Assembly (NCBI GenBank): GCA_964599565.1
Contig: CAZRFE010000007.1
Span: 1 to 55,859, forward strand
Reading direction: 5' to 3'
Origin: an uncultured Gammaproteobacteria bacterium
GTDB taxonomy: Bacteria > Pseudomonadota > Gammaproteobacteria > Natronospirales > JAJUFS01
Length of the DNA stretch: 55,859 nucleotides
Below are positions 1 to 9,900 of this stretch, in pieces. Position 1 is the stretch's first letter, and every line of letters begins with the position of its first letter. The position numbers were made by a program, and so were the translations under genes. The notes under the pieces are model-generated. The model was not told where the DNA came from, ran no database searches, and saw nothing but the letters and a program-made list of their open reading frames with translations.

Positions 1-2022
1 GATGAAGGCACGATCACGGGCGGTGCTGCACACATCGAGATCGGCGGCGTATCAAGTTATGGCAGTGGCGCGATGAACGTGGACATCGACGGCGACCTCA
101 CCGCCAGCGCGCCGGGCCAGGCGACGATCCATACCGCGGGTAACGACATTGCCGTGAGCGGTGCGATCAAGGCGACGGCGACGCGTGCAATGGTCGATGG
201 CAGCTACACGGACTCCGATTCGACGGATGGCACGTTCACGAACGGCACAACGCAGGCATCCATCGGCATTGCGGGTGTCGAACTCGACGGCATGAAGGAT
301 GCATCGCACAGCGTCACCGTCGGCGGCGGCATCGTCGTTGAAGGGCCACGCGCGCGCTTCAATGCCAGCGGCGGCGACGTCACGCTCGGCAATCTTTCTG
401 TCGTCTCGACGGGCTTCGAGATGAATGTCGATGAAGTCACGACGGACAGCAGCGAGGTGTTCGTCAGCGAACTCCATTTCGCGGGCAGCCATCTTGTCAC
501 GGGCGTCGGCGTGGAAGCCGAGGGCGATGCGGTTGTCGGTGACGTGAACATCAAGGGTCCGGGTATTGCGGGCATCATCTTCGAGGGTGCGACGATCACG
601 ACCGGCAGCATCAGCGTAACGGCGACCGCGGGCGAGTTCACGGTCACATCACCCGATTACAACGGCGGTGCGGAAGCGACGGTGGCGACGGGTGCGGCGC
701 TGCTTGCATTCGTTTCGCCCGCGACCGCAACCGTGAACGGCGACATCACCATCAACGGTGCGCGCACGGCGCACTACGGCGGTGCCGTGAACGCGAGCGG
801 CGATTTCAGCATCACCGGCGGCAAGGGCGTTCTCGACACCGTGCCGGCGTACGTGGACTTCCTTGACGGCATCGGCGACGACGGCAGCGACAGCGGCGAC
901 CCGCTGGTGCTGCCCGCAGCGAGAATCCGCGCGGCGAACATCACCGCGAGCGTGACGAACGGCGATCTCGGCGCGGGCACAGCGCAGCTTGCGACGACCG
1001 GTGCGCTCACGCTGAATGCAGGCGGTGCGGTGAACTTCCAGGACCGCACGCAGACCGCGGGCAGCATCGCGATCACCGCGGGCGGCGGCGTGAACGTTTC
1101 CGGCAGCACGCTGAACGCGGACACGATCCGGCTGGATGCGGGCACGAATCTTTCCGTCAGCAACGTCAACCTCACCGCGGACCAGATCGCGCTGATCGCC
1201 GGCGGCAACATCTCGAACTCGAACCCGGCCGGTGTGATCAAGGCCGACGCGCTCGCGATACTCGCAGGCGGCAGCGTGAACCTTGCGAACACCACGCTGA
1301 TCGTCGGCGCCGGCAGCATCGAGAGCGTGCCGGGCGATACGCTGTTCCTGCAGCTGCTTGCCGCGGAAGGCATCGCGACACCGGAGGGCGGACCGAACCT
1401 CGTCATCCGCGCGGAGAATGTCGCGCTCGGCGGCGGCACGCTCAACGGCGATTACGTGTACCTCGAAACGAACAGTCTCGTGGTGAACGGCGCGTTCACC
1501 ACGAGCAATCCCGACCTCCTGCTGCAGGTCGCGCCGCACGCGACGGATGCAAGCTTCAGCCTCGAGCAGTCAAGCGCGAGCGGCGGCGATGCCGCGTATG
1601 TGTATGACGGTGTGCTCGCGGCATTCAACGCCGGCACCATCGCGCTCGGCACCACCGCGCACACGGGCGATGCCGGCATCGGCGCGAACAGCACGGTCGA
1701 CATCGGCGACACGAACCTGTTCGTGCTCACGCAAGGCGCGACGCGCGGCATCGAGCGCGTGCTCTCAAGCGGCGTCGTGAAGGATCTCGCCATGCTCATC
1801 AGCGGCGGCTTCGACGTGCCGCAGACGGGCGAGATCGATCCGAACCAGGACATCGTGCAGACCATCCACGAGCATTACGCGCTGGATGGCGGCCGCGGCA
1901 GTGACGATGAGGAAGAAGGCGACGAGGAAGGTGAAGACACCGACACCGATGCCGATGTCGAGGAAGACGATGACGGCCTGATCCGGCAGGACACGGTCGA
2001 CGAGGAAATGATGTGCAGTTGA
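1..2022 (+). CDS. Large Gly/Ala/Thr/Asn-rich exoprotein (filamentous haemagglutinin/TpsA-like beta-helix), 5'-truncated by the window edge, with a strongly acidic C-terminal tail
   Basis: Frame 1 is open from base 1 to TGA at 2022. It has repetitive beta-strand/turn motifs (e.g. GALTLNAGGAVN, IALIAGGNIS, LAILAGGSVNL) and ends in DDEEEGDEEGEDTDTDADVEEDDDG...EEMMCS. The N-terminal TPS domain is not visible. Confidence 0.65.
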   Translation, partial: DEGTITGGAAHIEIGGVSSYGSGAMNVDIDGDLTASAPGQATIHTAGNDIAVSGAIKATATRAMVDGSYTDSDSTDGTFTNGTTQASIGIAGVELDGMKDASHSVTVGGGIVVEGPRARFNASGGDVTLGNLSVVSTGFEMNVDEVTTDSSEVFVSELHFAGSHLVTGVGVEAEGDAVVGDVNIKGPGIAGIIFEGATITTGSISVTATAGEFTVTSPDYNGGAEATVATGAALLAFVSPATATVNGDITINGARTAHYGGAVNASGDFSITGGKGVLDTVPAYVDFLDGIGDDGSDSGDPLVLPAARIRAANITASVTNGDLGAGTAQLATTGALTLNAGGAVNFQDRTQTAGSIAITAGGGVNVSGSTLNADTIRLDAGTNLSVSNVNLTADQIALIAGGNISNSNPAGVIKADALAILAGGSVNLANTTLIVGAGSIESVPGDTLFLQLLAAEGIATPEGGPNLVIRAENVALGGGTLNGDYVYLETNSLVVNGAFTTSNPDLLLQVAPHATDASFSLEQSSASGGDAAYVYDGVLAAFNAGTIALGTTAHTGDAGIGANSTVDIGDTNLFVLTQGATRGIERVLSSGVVKDLAMLISGGFDVPQTGEIDPNQDIVQTIHEHYALDGGRGSDDEEEGDEEGEDTDTDADVEEDDDGLIRQDTVDEEMMCS

Positions 2023-2056
2023 TCATTCCGCTCCAGCGAATTCCGGGGAATCCAGC

Positions 2057-2761
2057 ATGCGAAGACTGACCGCCGTCCCGTTGCTTGTCCTGTGCCTTGC
2101 CCTGCTCTCGCCCGCAATGGCGGCGGAGCGCGCGGGCGACATCACGCTCCTTACCGGCCGGGCAACCGCCGCGGGTGCGAGCGGCGACATTCGCCCGCTC
2201 GCGAAGGACGGCGCGGTGTACGCCGGCGAGATGATCAGCACGGGGCCAAACAGCTATCTCAACATCCGCTTCACCGACGGCGGTCGCGTGCTGCTGCGCC
2301 CGAACAGCCGCTTCCAGATCGAGGAATACCGCTACACGCCGGATGCAGATGCGAATGCTGACGCAGGCGCATCGCCGAACGTCGCCGCGGAAGAAGAAGG
2401 CAACGCGCTGTTCCGCCTGCTCAAGGGCGGCTTCCGCGCGGTGACCGGGCTCATCGGCAAGGAGAACCGCGACAATTACCGCGTGCGCACGCCCGTTGCG
2501 ACCATCGGTATCCGCGGCACGGATTTCGAGGCGCGCTTCTGCCAGGGCGATTGCTTCGACATCGATCCCATGCCGCGCGACGGTCTTTACACCGGCGTCT
2601 TCCAGGGCGGCATCAACCTCGCAAATGGTGCGGGCAGCGTTGACCGCGACGCGGGACAGTTCGGTTTCGTGCCCGGGCTCGACCAGCCGCCCGTCGGCTT
2701 GAAACGCCGGCCAAAGGCGCTGTCGCAGGACCCGATGCCGGATCCTGAAGCCTGCGAGTAA
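2057..2761 (+). CDS. Exported FecR-domain protein
   Basis: Signal peptide (LLVLCLALLSPAMA). FecR motifs GEMISTGPNS, IRFTDGGRVLLRPNS, LLKGGFR and VRTPVATIGIRGTDF. Confidence 0.85.
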   Translation: MRRLTAVPLLVLCLALLSPAMAAERAGDITLLTGRATAAGASGDIRPLAKDGAVYAGEMISTGPNSYLNIRFTDGGRVLLRPNSRFQIEEYRYTPDADANADAGASPNVAAEEEGNALFRLLKGGFRAVTGLIGKENRDNYRVRTPVATIGIRGTDFEARFCQGDCFDIDPMPRDGLYTGVFQGGINLANGAGSVDRDAGQFGFVPGLDQPPVGLKRRPKALSQDPMPDPEACE

Positions 2762-2786
2762 GTCGCGCAAACTTCCGTGGAAGATC

Positions 2787-2974
2787 AAAGCGTGGATCCC
2801 CGCCTGCGCGGGGATGACACATAGTGTGTGTCGATGCGATGGCGGCGCGGATGAATGGTTTGCGCCGCTCGAGAAAAACGAAAGCACGGATCCCCGCCTG
2901 CGCGAGGATGACATACGGTGCGTGTTGACGTGATAGCGGCGTGGATGAATGGTTTGCGCCACTCGAAAAACAAA
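2787..2974. repeat. Two tandem copies of a 94-bp unit, each containing a REP-like palindrome (minus-strand GTCATCCYCGCGCAGGCGGGGATCC)
   Basis: Copy 1 is 2787-2880 and copy 2 is 2881-~2974, identical at 76 of the first 90 positions by manual alignment. The hairpin ATCCCCGC-ctgc-GCGGGGAT is in copy 1. Confidence 0.85.
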
Positions 2975-2984
2975 CCGTCTCGAC

Positions 2985-3058
2985 CGTCATCCCGGAAGCG
3001 TTCCGGCATTACCGCCAGGCGAAGCGACAACCGAAACCCGGAACGCTGTCCGGGACCC
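2985..3058. repeat. CGTCAT-initiated inverted repeat (REP-like), opposite in orientation to the preceding units
   Basis: The arm TCCCGGAAGCGTTCCGG (2990-3006) pairs with CCGGAACGCTGTCCGGGA (3038-3055) with one bulge. Confidence 0.7.
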
Positions 3059-3088
3059 ACGCTTTGAAACATGACACGCGGGAACACG

Positions 3089-3856
3089 ATGACTGAGCCA
3101 AGGAACATCACGGACCTGCCGCTGCCGCCCGGCTACACCGCGCTGGAAGCCTTCAACCGCGAGAATTTCCGCGGCATGGGACGGCGGCGCGATGCGCCCG
3201 CGGCGTTCGTGCGCGAACTGAACGCGCTGCTGATCACGTCCGTGGAATTCTTCCAGGCCGCGCGCCACTACCCCATCGTGTTCGGCCGCGATACGGCGAA
3301 CGGCGGTTTCGTTCCCATCATCATCACCGGGCTCGAGGATCGGCAGAACCTGTTCGTCGGTGAGGACGGCCGCTGGCGCGCGGGACGTTACGTGCCTGCC
3401 TACGTGCGGCGCTGGCCGTTCTTTACCGTGCAGCTGCGCGAGGAGCCGGAGAAGTCGCTGGTGTGCGTGGACCCGTCCGGCCTTGAGGCGAACGACAAGC
3501 CGTTTCTCGATGCGCGCGGCGAACCGACCGCGGCATGGAAGGACGCCGAGCGCCTGGTCAATGACATGGAGGCGGCGCGCCGCCAGACGGTTTCCATGCT
3601 GCGCACGCTTGCGGGCCTCGATATCCTCGAGCCGTTCGAGGCGCATGCCGTGGCAAAGCGCGGCGGCAGCATAAGGCTTGCGAACATGCATCGCATCAGC
3701 GAGGCGAAACTGAACGCGCTGCCGGAGAAGCAGCTTCGCCAGCTGATGTCGAAAGGTTTCCTGTCGCGCATCTATGCGCACCTGATGTCGCTCGACAACT
3801 TCCAGCAACTGCTCGACCTGCGCCTTGAGCAGGAACAGCACGAAGGTGTCGCGTGA
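3089..3856 (+). CDS. SapC family protein
   Basis: Characteristic motifs YPIVF, GLEDRQNLFV, W...YVPAYVRRWPF, LFD-like FLDARGEPT and IYAHLMSLDN. Alternative start at 3071. Confidence 0.85.
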   Translation: MTEPRNITDLPLPPGYTALEAFNRENFRGMGRRRDAPAAFVRELNALLITSVEFFQAARHYPIVFGRDTANGGFVPIIITGLEDRQNLFVGEDGRWRAGRYVPAYVRRWPFFTVQLREEPEKSLVCVDPSGLEANDKPFLDARGEPTAAWKDAERLVNDMEAARRQTVSMLRTLAGLDILEPFEAHAVAKRGGSIRLANMHRISEAKLNALPEKQLRQLMSKGFLSRIYAHLMSLDNFQQLLDLRLEQEQHEGVA

Positions 3857-3869
3857 CAGGAGCAATGAC

Positions 3870-4955
3870 GTGGGAGTAGAGATCAAGCTCACCGACCGGG
3901 AGATTCCCGTCTCGCCGGTGTTCGTGGATTTTCTCGTGCATGTCGTCGACCGCCAGCCGTTCGATGACGCGAAGTGGCACGACCAGCTTTCCGAGGAACT
4001 CTCCAACGAGCACCGCAAGGTGATCGAGCAGGCGCGGCAGAACGCCGAGCGCGTGATGGCGACGGAAGCCGGCCAGCGCTCGATCGCGCGCGCCTACCAG
4101 GTGTTTCTCGCGCTGCTCACCGGCAACCTTGAGCTTGTGCGCGATTTCCAGCGCCGCTTCCATTTCATCAACATCATCGGCGTGCCGCGCAACGGCGGCT
4201 CGTACCTCACCAAGGAAGCGTACCGCGCGCTCGGCTACGACCCGGAGAAGGTGCCGAACGTGATTGCGCACGATGGCTTCCCGGAAGCAGGACCGTTCCG
4301 CTTCGGCCCGGGACACAACAGCTGGACGATGAGCCTCGCGACCATGGCGGAGTTCCTCACCATGGTCGAGCTGTGGTTCGGCAGCGCGAAGACGCACATG
4401 GGCAAGATCGTGGTGCCGAAAAAACTGCTGAAGGGTTCCTACGCCGGCGGTTTCTTTCATCACGTGCTCGGCGAGGCGGTGGATCATGTCTTCACCGTGC
4501 GCCATCCCGCCACCTCCGCGATTTCCACGTACGAGAAATCCGGCGGACTGCCGGCGAACGGAAAGTTCGCGGTGCGCGGCAACATCGAGGAATGGATACG
4601 CCGCGATCTCGCCTACACCGGGCTCGATGCATCGCGCATTCTCGGCATGGATTATTTCGATGCGTACCTGCGCTACTGGGAGCAATACCATTACTACGTG
4701 GCGACGACGGGGCTTTCCGCGAACCGCAACATCGAGATCGTGCCGTACAACGCAGATGCGATGACCGCGCTCGCGCGCCGCTGGCACAACCGTTTCGAAT
4801 CCGGCGCTGCGCCGACGGAATTCAAAGTGTTCGACAAGCGCGACCGGCATCCCGAATGGCTGCGGCTCGCGGAACCTGTCGTACAGCGCGTCGCCGCGGT
4901 CTGGGAGCGTGCCGGTCTTGCGTTCCCGTACGACGCCGTGATGGAAGCCTGGTAA
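3870..4955 (+). CDS. Sulfotransferase-fold (P-loop) protein with an N-terminal helical extension
   Basis: GTG at 3870 follows AGGAG (3858-3862). It has a 5'-PSB-like loop IIGVPRNGGSYL and a 3'-PB-like motif TVRHPATSAISTY. No signal peptide. Confidence 0.6.
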   Translation: MGVEIKLTDREIPVSPVFVDFLVHVVDRQPFDDAKWHDQLSEELSNEHRKVIEQARQNAERVMATEAGQRSIARAYQVFLALLTGNLELVRDFQRRFHFINIIGVPRNGGSYLTKEAYRALGYDPEKVPNVIAHDGFPEAGPFRFGPGHNSWTMSLATMAEFLTMVELWFGSAKTHMGKIVVPKKLLKGSYAGGFFHHVLGEAVDHVFTVRHPATSAISTYEKSGGLPANGKFAVRGNIEEWIRRDLAYTGLDASRILGMDYFDAYLRYWEQYHYYVATTGLSANRNIEIVPYNADAMTALARRWHNRFESGAAPTEFKVFDKRDRHPEWLRLAEPVVQRVAAVWERAGLAFPYDAVMEAW

Positions 4956-4958
4956 GCC

Positions 4959-6134
4959 GTGGCGCGCATCCTGTTCGCCTGGGAACTCGGCGGCGGGCTT
5001 GGTCACCTCATGCCGCTTGCGGTGCTCGGCCACGAGCTGAAGCACGCAGGATATGAATGCGCCTACGCGCTGCGCGATCTCGTGCACGTGCACGGACTGC
5101 TCGGCGCCCCTGACACGCGGCTGTACCAGTCGCCGCTGTTCCTGCCCGACCATCGCACGGGCATGCTTGCGCGCACCTACGCGGACATCCTCGCGAACAT
5201 CGGCTACCGGCGGCCGGACGCACTCGCCGGACTCATCGCTGCATGGCGGAGCATCTATGCGGACTTTCGTCCCGACCTGATCGTCTTCGATCATGCGCCG
5301 ACGGCGATTGCGGCCGCGCGCGACCTTGACATTCCATTCGTGCACATCGCGCGCTCGGGGTTCACCATTCCGCCGCCCCGCAGTCCGCTGCCGCCGATTC
5401 GCGAAGGCGATGAAACCGCGAGCCGGGAACGCGAGAAGGCCGTGACGCGCGTGCTGAACGATGCGTTCGGCATCCTCGGACTTCCCGGAATCGATTTCAC
5501 CGGACAGCTTTTCGAAGGCGGTGTGCGCGTGCTTTTGTCCGTGCCGGAACTCGATCCCTACGGGCCGCGCGACGATGTCGATTACTGGGGACCAATGGAG
5601 CACGGCCACGGCCTTGCGCCCGAGTGGCCGCCGCTGCCGGGCAGGAAGATCTTTGCGTACCTCAGAAATTTCCCGACGCGCGATGCGATGCTCGACATCC
5701 TCGCGCGCTGCGGCCATCCCGTGCTTGCACACGTCAGCGGCATGGACGCCGCGGAATGCGCGCAGCGTTCGACCCGGACGCTGCGCATCTCGCCGGGGAT
5801 CATCGATGCACGCGCCGCACTCGCCCTGTGCGATCTCGTCGTGACGCACGGTGGCTCGCTCGTATCCTCCGCGTTGCTCGCCGGCAAACCCCTGCTCACC
5901 CTTCCCCTGCATCTTGAACAGCAGCTCACCGCCGCGAAGGCTGCGGCGCTGGGCGCGAGCCTGAACGCACCAGGGCTCGCACCCCGCGGCATGCAGGCAA
6001 AGCTCGAACGGCTGCTGCAAGAGCGTGCGTTCGCGGACGCCGCGCAGGCGTTCCGGCAACGCTACGCGAATGCGTTCGCGCCGCTGCCGGGACGGTTCGC
6101 GACACTTGTTGCGACGTTGCTCCGCGCGGTTTGA
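4959..6134 (+). CDS. GT-B fold glycosyltransferase (GT1/GT28-like)
   Basis: N-terminal ILFAWELGGGLGHL, PDLIVFDHAP, and C-terminal nucleotide-sugar motif CDLVVTHGG...ALLAGKPLLTLPLHLEQ. Starts 3 nt after the previous stop. Confidence 0.85.
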   Translation: MARILFAWELGGGLGHLMPLAVLGHELKHAGYECAYALRDLVHVHGLLGAPDTRLYQSPLFLPDHRTGMLARTYADILANIGYRRPDALAGLIAAWRSIYADFRPDLIVFDHAPTAIAAARDLDIPFVHIARSGFTIPPPRSPLPPIREGDETASREREKAVTRVLNDAFGILGLPGIDFTGQLFEGGVRVLLSVPELDPYGPRDDVDYWGPMEHGHGLAPEWPPLPGRKIFAYLRNFPTRDAMLDILARCGHPVLAHVSGMDAAECAQRSTRTLRISPGIIDARAALALCDLVVTHGGSLVSSALLAGKPLLTLPLHLEQQLTAAKAAALGASLNAPGLAPRGMQAKLERLLQERAFADAAQAFRQRYANAFAPLPGRFATLVATLLRAV

Positions 6135-6159
6135 CAGCACGCGAAGGCGGGGCGAGTAT
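6131..6159 (+). promoter_or_regulatory. Possible sigma70 promoter for the DUF885 gene
   Basis: TTGACA (6131-6136), a 17-nt spacer, then a weak -10 GAGTAT. Confidence 0.35.
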
Positions 6160-6194
6160 CGGCGGCCTGATTCGTCATGCCGCGGGAGATTCCC

Positions 6195-7973
<1,779 letters not shown>

Positions 7974-7992
7974 CGTTTTGCCATCCCACGAG

Positions 7993-8023
7993 AAGCGGGA
8001 AACGGCAGTTTGCCGCTTTTTTT
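7993..8023 (+). terminator. Intrinsic terminator
   Basis: Imperfect stem AAGCGGGAAAC/GTTTGCCGCTT followed by a T run. Confidence 0.6.
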
Positions 8024-8138
8024 GATATTTACCGACTTTTCTTTGCGCGATCCTGGCTTTTCGCCGAATTTGATGCGGCGGCGCGGCGCGCCTGCGGGGC
8101 ACAGGTGGCTTCACAGCTACAGGCGCAGCCGGGCGAAC

Positions 8139-8147
8139 TGGTACAAT
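8139..8147 (+). promoter_or_regulatory. Extended -10 promoter of phhA
   Basis: TG-g-TACAAT upstream of the GAGGT RBS. Confidence 0.5.
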
Positions 8148-8174
8148 TCGCGGCTCTGACGAGGTGAAAAACCG

Positions 8175-8984
8175 ATGGGAAAAGGGACGAAATACGTCGC
8201 AAAGACGCCTGATGCGCAGGGCTACATCCAGTACTCGGATGACGAGCACGCCGTCTGGAACGAGCTGATCACGCGGCAGCTGCCCGTGGTCGAGAAGTAC
8301 GCGTCCGATGAGTACCTGAACGCGCTTGATCGCATGAATTTCCCGACAGACCGCATTCCCCAGTGCACGGAGGTATCCGCGGTCCTGAAGAAGGCCACGG
8401 GCTGGGAAGTGGCGCCGGTGCCCGCGCTGATCCCGTTCGGCGAATTCTTTTCCCTGCTCGCGAACAAGCGTTTTCCCGCGGCGTCGTTCATCCGCTCGCG
8501 CGAGGAAATGGATTACCTGCAGGAGCCGGACATCTTCCACGAGATCTTCGGCCACACGCCGCTCCTGACCGACCAGCGTTTCGCGGACTTCACGCACGCC
8601 TACGGTCTCGCCGGACTCAAGGCGAGCAAGCAGGACCGCGCCATGCTCGCGCGCCTTTACTGGTTCACGGTGGAGTTCGGCCTGATCAATACCGTCAAAG
8701 GCCTGCGCACCTATGGCGCGGGCATCGTCTCGTCCATGGGCGAGACGCCGTACTCCATCGAATCCGACATCCCAGAGCGGCGGCCGTTCGATCCTGTCAC
8801 CGCGCTGCGCACGCCGTATCGCATCGACATCTTCCAGACCGTGTATTACGTCATCGACAGCCTGGATGACCTGTTCGATGTCTCGAACATGGACCTGTTC
8901 GCGCTGATCGACGAGGCGCGCGCCAGGGGCATGCTGCCGCCGACATTTCCGCCGCCGGACGAGAACACGCCGAAGTGGGCGTGA
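8175..8984 (+). CDS. phhA: Phenylalanine 4-monooxygenase
   Basis: DYLQEPDIFHEIFGHTPLL iron-binding motif, LARLYWFTVEFGL, YGAGIVSS and TPYRIDIFQ. Confidence 0.96.
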   Translation: MGKGTKYVAKTPDAQGYIQYSDDEHAVWNELITRQLPVVEKYASDEYLNALDRMNFPTDRIPQCTEVSAVLKKATGWEVAPVPALIPFGEFFSLLANKRFPAASFIRSREEMDYLQEPDIFHEIFGHTPLLTDQRFADFTHAYGLAGLKASKQDRAMLARLYWFTVEFGLINTVKGLRTYGAGIVSSMGETPYSIESDIPERRPFDPVTALRTPYRIDIFQTVYYVIDSLDDLFDVSNMDLFALIDEARARGMLPPTFPPPDENTPKWA

Positions 8985-9013
8985 TGAACCGACAACAAGA
9001 ACCGGAGAAGACC

Positions 9014-9367
9014 ATGACCGAAGTTGCCCATGAACTGGCAGAGAAGCATTGCGCGCCGTGCGAAGGCGGCATCAGCCCGCTGACGCGCGAGGAAGCCGAG
9101 CGCTACCTGAAGAAGATCGCGCCGGAATGGACGCTGTCGGCGGATGCAAAGGAGATCTACCGCGAGTTCAAGTTCAAGGGTTTCCAGAAGACGATCGGGT
9201 TCGTGAACGCGATTGCGTGGATGGCGAACAATGAAGGCCACCACCCGGACATGGAGGTGGGCTGGGGCCGCGTGCTGATGAAGTGGTCCACGCACGCGAT
9301 CGGCGGGCTGTCGGAGAACGATTTCATCTGCGCGGCGCGCACGGACCGCATCCACGACGGCAAGTGA
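9014..9367 (+). CDS. phhB: Pterin-4-alpha-carbinolamine dehydratase
   Basis: EGHHPD and THAIGGLSENDFICAA motifs, directly after phhA. GGAG RBS; alternative start at 8984 overlaps the phhA stop. Confidence 0.95.
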   Translation: MTEVAHELAEKHCAPCEGGISPLTREEAERYLKKIAPEWTLSADAKEIYREFKFKGFQKTIGFVNAIAWMANNEGHHPDMEVGWGRVLMKWSTHAIGGLSENDFICAARTDRIHDGK

Positions 9368-9385
9368 GTGCCGGCAATGGCAGCG

Positions 9386-9416
9386 AAAACCCCGCCGCGG
9401 CGGGGTTTTTTCTTTT
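9386..9416 (+). terminator. Intrinsic terminator
   Basis: AAAACCCCGCC/GGCGGGGTTTT hairpin plus a T tract. Confidence 0.85.
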
Positions 9417-9516
9417 CCACCTGCATGTTTCGTCGGCAAGTATCCGGCATCGCCGGATCGCACACGTCGCGTGCCGCCACTAGATTGGCGCCTCCTGAAC
9501 CGAAACGGAGGTCGTC

Positions 9517-9819
9517 ATGACAGATCAGGCAGACAACACCAGGCGCTTCAACGTATGGCTCACGGTCGATGCGCTCCAGGGCATCACGGAAGCCATTTAC
9601 CGGGAGCTTACGGAAGGTTCCGCGTCCGAAGCGTCGTTCGATCGCGAGACGCACGCGCGGCTCGTCGGTCTCAGCTACGCCGCGTGCCGTCTCGCGCGCG
9701 AACTGAACGAGTACTTCCGCGCAGCGAGCGAAGCGGGTCTCGAACTGCCGGACATCATCAACGGCAAGTTCCCGGGCGTCGAGGAGCCGTCGCCACCGCG
9801 GTTTCGCAGCGTCAACTGA
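9517..9819 (+). CDS. Hypothetical protein (100 aa)
   Basis: GGAGG RBS at 9507-9511, normal codon usage, flanked by terminators. No recognisable motif. Confidence 0.7.
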   Translation: MTDQADNTRRFNVWLTVDALQGITEAIYRELTEGSASEASFDRETHARLVGLSYAACRLARELNEYFRAASEAGLELPDIINGKFPGVEEPSPPRFRSVN

Positions 9820-9826
9820 CGCAAGG

Positions 9827-9860
9827 AAAAAAGGCCTCGCAATGCGAGGCCTTCTCTTTT
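9827..9860. terminator. Bidirectional intrinsic terminator
   Basis: AAGGCCTCGC-aat-GCGAGGCCTT flanked by A and T runs, between convergent genes. Confidence 0.8.
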
Positions 9861-9900
9861 CCCTTCCACCGGTTCCCGCCGATCGATTCGAATGCCGCCG

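Noticed and set aside
2787-2974. Mini CRISPR array
   Set aside because: Only two units, the would-be spacers are homologous to each other, and there are no cas genes. It fits a REP-like duplication.
8040-8140. Sigma54 promoter for phhA
   Set aside because: No GG-N10-GC spacing at the TGGC sites examined. An extended -10 box fits better.
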